Shown here: positions 61,401 to 64,000 of the stretch, piece after piece
Layout of the letters: each line of letters opens with the position of its first letter
How positions within the stretch are numbered: position 1 is the stretch's first letter
Origin: Eremomyces bilateralis CBS 781.70
Lineage: Eukaryota
Assembly (NCBI GenBank): GCA_010015585.1
Contig: ML975149.1
Length of the DNA: 64,000 bases
Strand: one strand, 5' to 3'
Program-made: the position numbers and the translations under genes
Notes under the pieces: model-generated
What the model was told of the DNA's origin: nothing
Database searches by the model: none
Seen by the model: the letters and a program-made list of their open reading frames with translations, nothing else

Positions 61401-62803
61401 GCGTCCGCTAGGAACTCTGCATGGGACCGCTTCCTGCCGAGTGGTGTGGTTTTCTTCTTGGACCAGGAGATCAGATGAGCATCGCACTGTTCGCTTCCAA
61501 GGAATATCCGTCCGCGACTGAGTAGTGATGAGCAAGTCATGGCGCCCGGAAGTGGTTTGCTGAGCTGTTCTTGGGTAATCTGCTGGACATGGAGACCAGA
61601 TACCGTTCGTCCATCCATTTTGAAGGACACAATGGCTAGTTCGCCCGTATTCAGCACAATAAGCAAGTCGGTCTCTTCGCCTCCAAGCTGCTCGACGACA
61701 CTGCCTTCTAGTCGAAGGCCAAGCTCTGATTGATCCGCCATGGGGAAGGACGAGCATTGTTTCGCAAAGGGGTTGACGGCGACAGCAACAGTCCTTCCAG
61801 ACTGGTCAACATGGAGTAACTCATTCCCTCCTACCAGCAGTGCGCCACCAATCGGCAAAGGCAACGCAATTGCTTGGAACAGATCATAGGGTAGACCGCT
61901 AATTGAAAGTAGCGCAGTCGACGCGCGCTGCTCAAGGTCGAGTGTAAAAACAGCAAAGTTTATGGTGTCGGGTCGCTCCGCAATGAGGGCTGCAGATGGC
62001 GTCTTGGTGCTGTATATGATACCAAACGTCGGCTCCCGATACTCGTGCAAGAACACCAGGTGAACGGGGTTTAATAGTGACGCGTCAATTGCCGTCAACG
62101 GCAGGACAAACGAAGCCATATATGGGGTCGGGTTCTCCTCAGTCGTAACACCGTTGGTCATCGCTTTCGAAGGCGACCCCATCGGCTCGTCCATATCCGG
62201 ATCATAGTCCTCATCCACCAGATCATCTCCCGCCTGCCGAAACGGAAGGATCGCCAAATTCCGCACCCCAAACTTCAGCGCTGCGCATCGACTACTGGGA
62301 TCCACGGCCAAAACCGCACTGCACAGGCCGATCTCTGGCAAACTAGGGTTAGAGTAGACCCCCTCGCCTTCGTAGAAGTGAATGGAGATGGTCGATATCG
62401 AATGGATCTCCGGATCCCATTCCACCAGACTCAGCTTCGCGTCCCGGAATGCGATCAACAGCGCCTCGCCACCGGATTTCGTCGCCGTGAGCTTGACACG
62501 GGAAATCGCGGTCACGGTGCCCGCGAGCACGTACTCTCCGCGAAGCGACAATTTGGTGGTGTTCTCCGTCCGCTCCAAGGCGATCTCGGGGCCGCCGAAG
62601 CCGTCATCCATGGCATCTTGGGGTGCGGGCTCCTCATCATCGCGATCGGGGCGCTCGACCTCGGTGACTATGGTCTTGAGCTCATAGATCTGGAGGATGT
62701 TCGTGCGGACGACGGCGAGGTTGACGGTTTTCGGGGAGAGGAATGGGAGGGAGACGGAGTGGGTAACGGCGGTTGCGGGGGTGAGTTCGGTGTAGCACTG
62801 CAT
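58488..62803 (-). CDS. CFT1: mRNA cleavage and polyadenylation factor Cft1 (CPSF160)
   Basis: MQCYTEL.P.TAVTH, FRDAKLSLVEWD, FLHEYREPTFGI, GVGTA..RGEDL..KG, EVKGAVT, CGLNARAYR; two 3' introns. Confidence 0.96.
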
Positions 62804-63343
62804 GGTTTGGGAAACTTGCAGTTATCATCGTAGGGGTATCGTTTCGGAGATCATTCTGGACCTGATGTCAGGGTGGCTGTCCAATTGTGCCTTGAACTTT
62901 TCGAGAATATAGAGCACGTCGCGTTGACACGTGCAGGGCAGCAAGGGATTTAGGGATTTGATATTCAAGAGCTTGGGCCAATGGGAGCTGCAAGCCACAG
63001 CCAGAGCTTCGAGGCGCTAAGGCTGTAAGTCTCTGTCTACTGTTGTAAGGCTGTAAGGCTGTAAGGCTGAATACCTCAGTGTTTCAACTCCATGTCGTCA
63101 CTCCTACACATGGATCGACGCTGGACAGGAATAACATGGCAGCTCCAACTTGGGGTCATGCCTGTTCTCTCGTTTTCTGAGCCTTCTCGTTTACATTTCC
63201 AATTGTCATTTATATCCTGTTGAGTATCGACGTCGAGAATCCCCAGGGGCATCAAAGATAGCCAAACCCTCTGTATGACCAGCATCCCACCTTTCCGTCC
63301 ACTACCCCAACTTGCTGATACGAACCATAGCATTGCTCTCAAG

Positions 63344-64000
63344 ATGGCGCTTATCCAAACCAGTCTCATCTGGGTGGCATACGCTGTCGCGATAGCCATA
63401 CTCCTGGCAATTGCGTCCGTCTTCGTTTTCACATATCAAGCGCCGCGTGAGCGGGCCGCATCGATTACCGTCATCTCCATTTTTACGACCAGCGCGCTGC
63501 TTGCAACCGTCCTCCTTCTTCCGGTGGATGTCGCGCTTGTATCCGCGACGAATCGCTCGAAATATGGCATAAAGAAGGACTGGGCAACACCAGATACCGT
63601 GGAACATATATTGTACACACTAAAAATCGTGTACTACACTTTGTATTCCCTAGATGCCATCCTCTGCCTGCTGGTTGTGCCGTTTACGTATTTCTATTTC
63701 GAAGAATACGACGATGACGCCGCCGAAGATGGCTCGCAGACCGTCGCCCAGCGGATATTCGGGGCCCTAAAATACACCTTCTTCTTCCTCGTTCTCGTCG
63801 TCCTCCTCTTCCTCGTTGGCTTCTTTGTCCCCTTCGCCAAAGGCATCAAGCACGGCGATCACTCTACCAACCTCGACTACTTCAAGAAGCTCCTCTCCGA
63901 AAACCATGGCGAACGCGCCCTCACCTTCACCCTCGGCCTCCTCATCACCCTCGGCACCCTCATCTACGTCCTCTATACCGCCGCCGGCCTCGCTCTCCTT
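63344..64000 (+). CDS. LMBR1-domain membrane protein (LMBD1/lysosomal cobalamin transporter-like), partial; runs off the right edge
   Basis: [16 protein letters not shown]...[15 protein letters not shown]...[14 protein letters not shown]...ALKYT. Confidence 0.88.
   Translation, partial: MALIQTSLIWVAYAVAIAILLAIASVFVFTYQAPRERAASITVISIFTTSALLATVLLLPVDVALVSATNRSKYGIKKDWATPDTVEHILYTLKIVYYTLYSLDAILCLLVVPFTYFYFEEYDDDAAEDGSQTVAQRIFGALKYTFFFLVLVVLLFLVGFFVPFAKGIKHGDHSTNLDYFKKLLSENHGERALTFTLGLLITLGTLIYVLYTAAGLALL

Noticed and set aside
63344..64000. Cobalamin transporter as evidence of B12 metabolism
   Set aside because: LMBR1-family genes are widespread in ascomycetes and the name is transferred by homology; nothing else here supports B12 use.

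Overview
Eukaryotic, intron-containing DNA from a filamentous ascomycete (Pezizomycotina; the exact taxon cannot be read from the sequence). Housekeeping genes include a DUF4536/DMAC1-like gene, GGT, STT3, mL54/MRPL37, TAM41, BIR1, a reticulon, CFT1 and an LMBR1-family transporter. They are interleaved with three accessory zones. (1) A Ty1/copia LTR retrotransposon at the left edge, with a half-tRNA(iMet) primer site and two frame breaks. (2) A decaying sulfonate-scavenging island at about 11.8-22.4 kb: two TauD/Jlp1-like dioxygenase pseudogenes, an apparently intact Soa1/AstA-like MFS transporter, an intronless VOC gene and TE relics. (3) An asco-laccase, then a degenerate Helitron whose apparent 5' terminus is interrupted by an intact pogo/Fot1-type transposon, then a secreted TAP-like hydrolase. 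A recurrent C-rich-to-G-rich skew flip of about 0.4-0.9 kb appears at about ten loci regardless of gene orientation. No rRNA, tRNA or CRISPR array was seen. Family calls come from motif recognition by eye, not database searches, and exon boundaries are manual.
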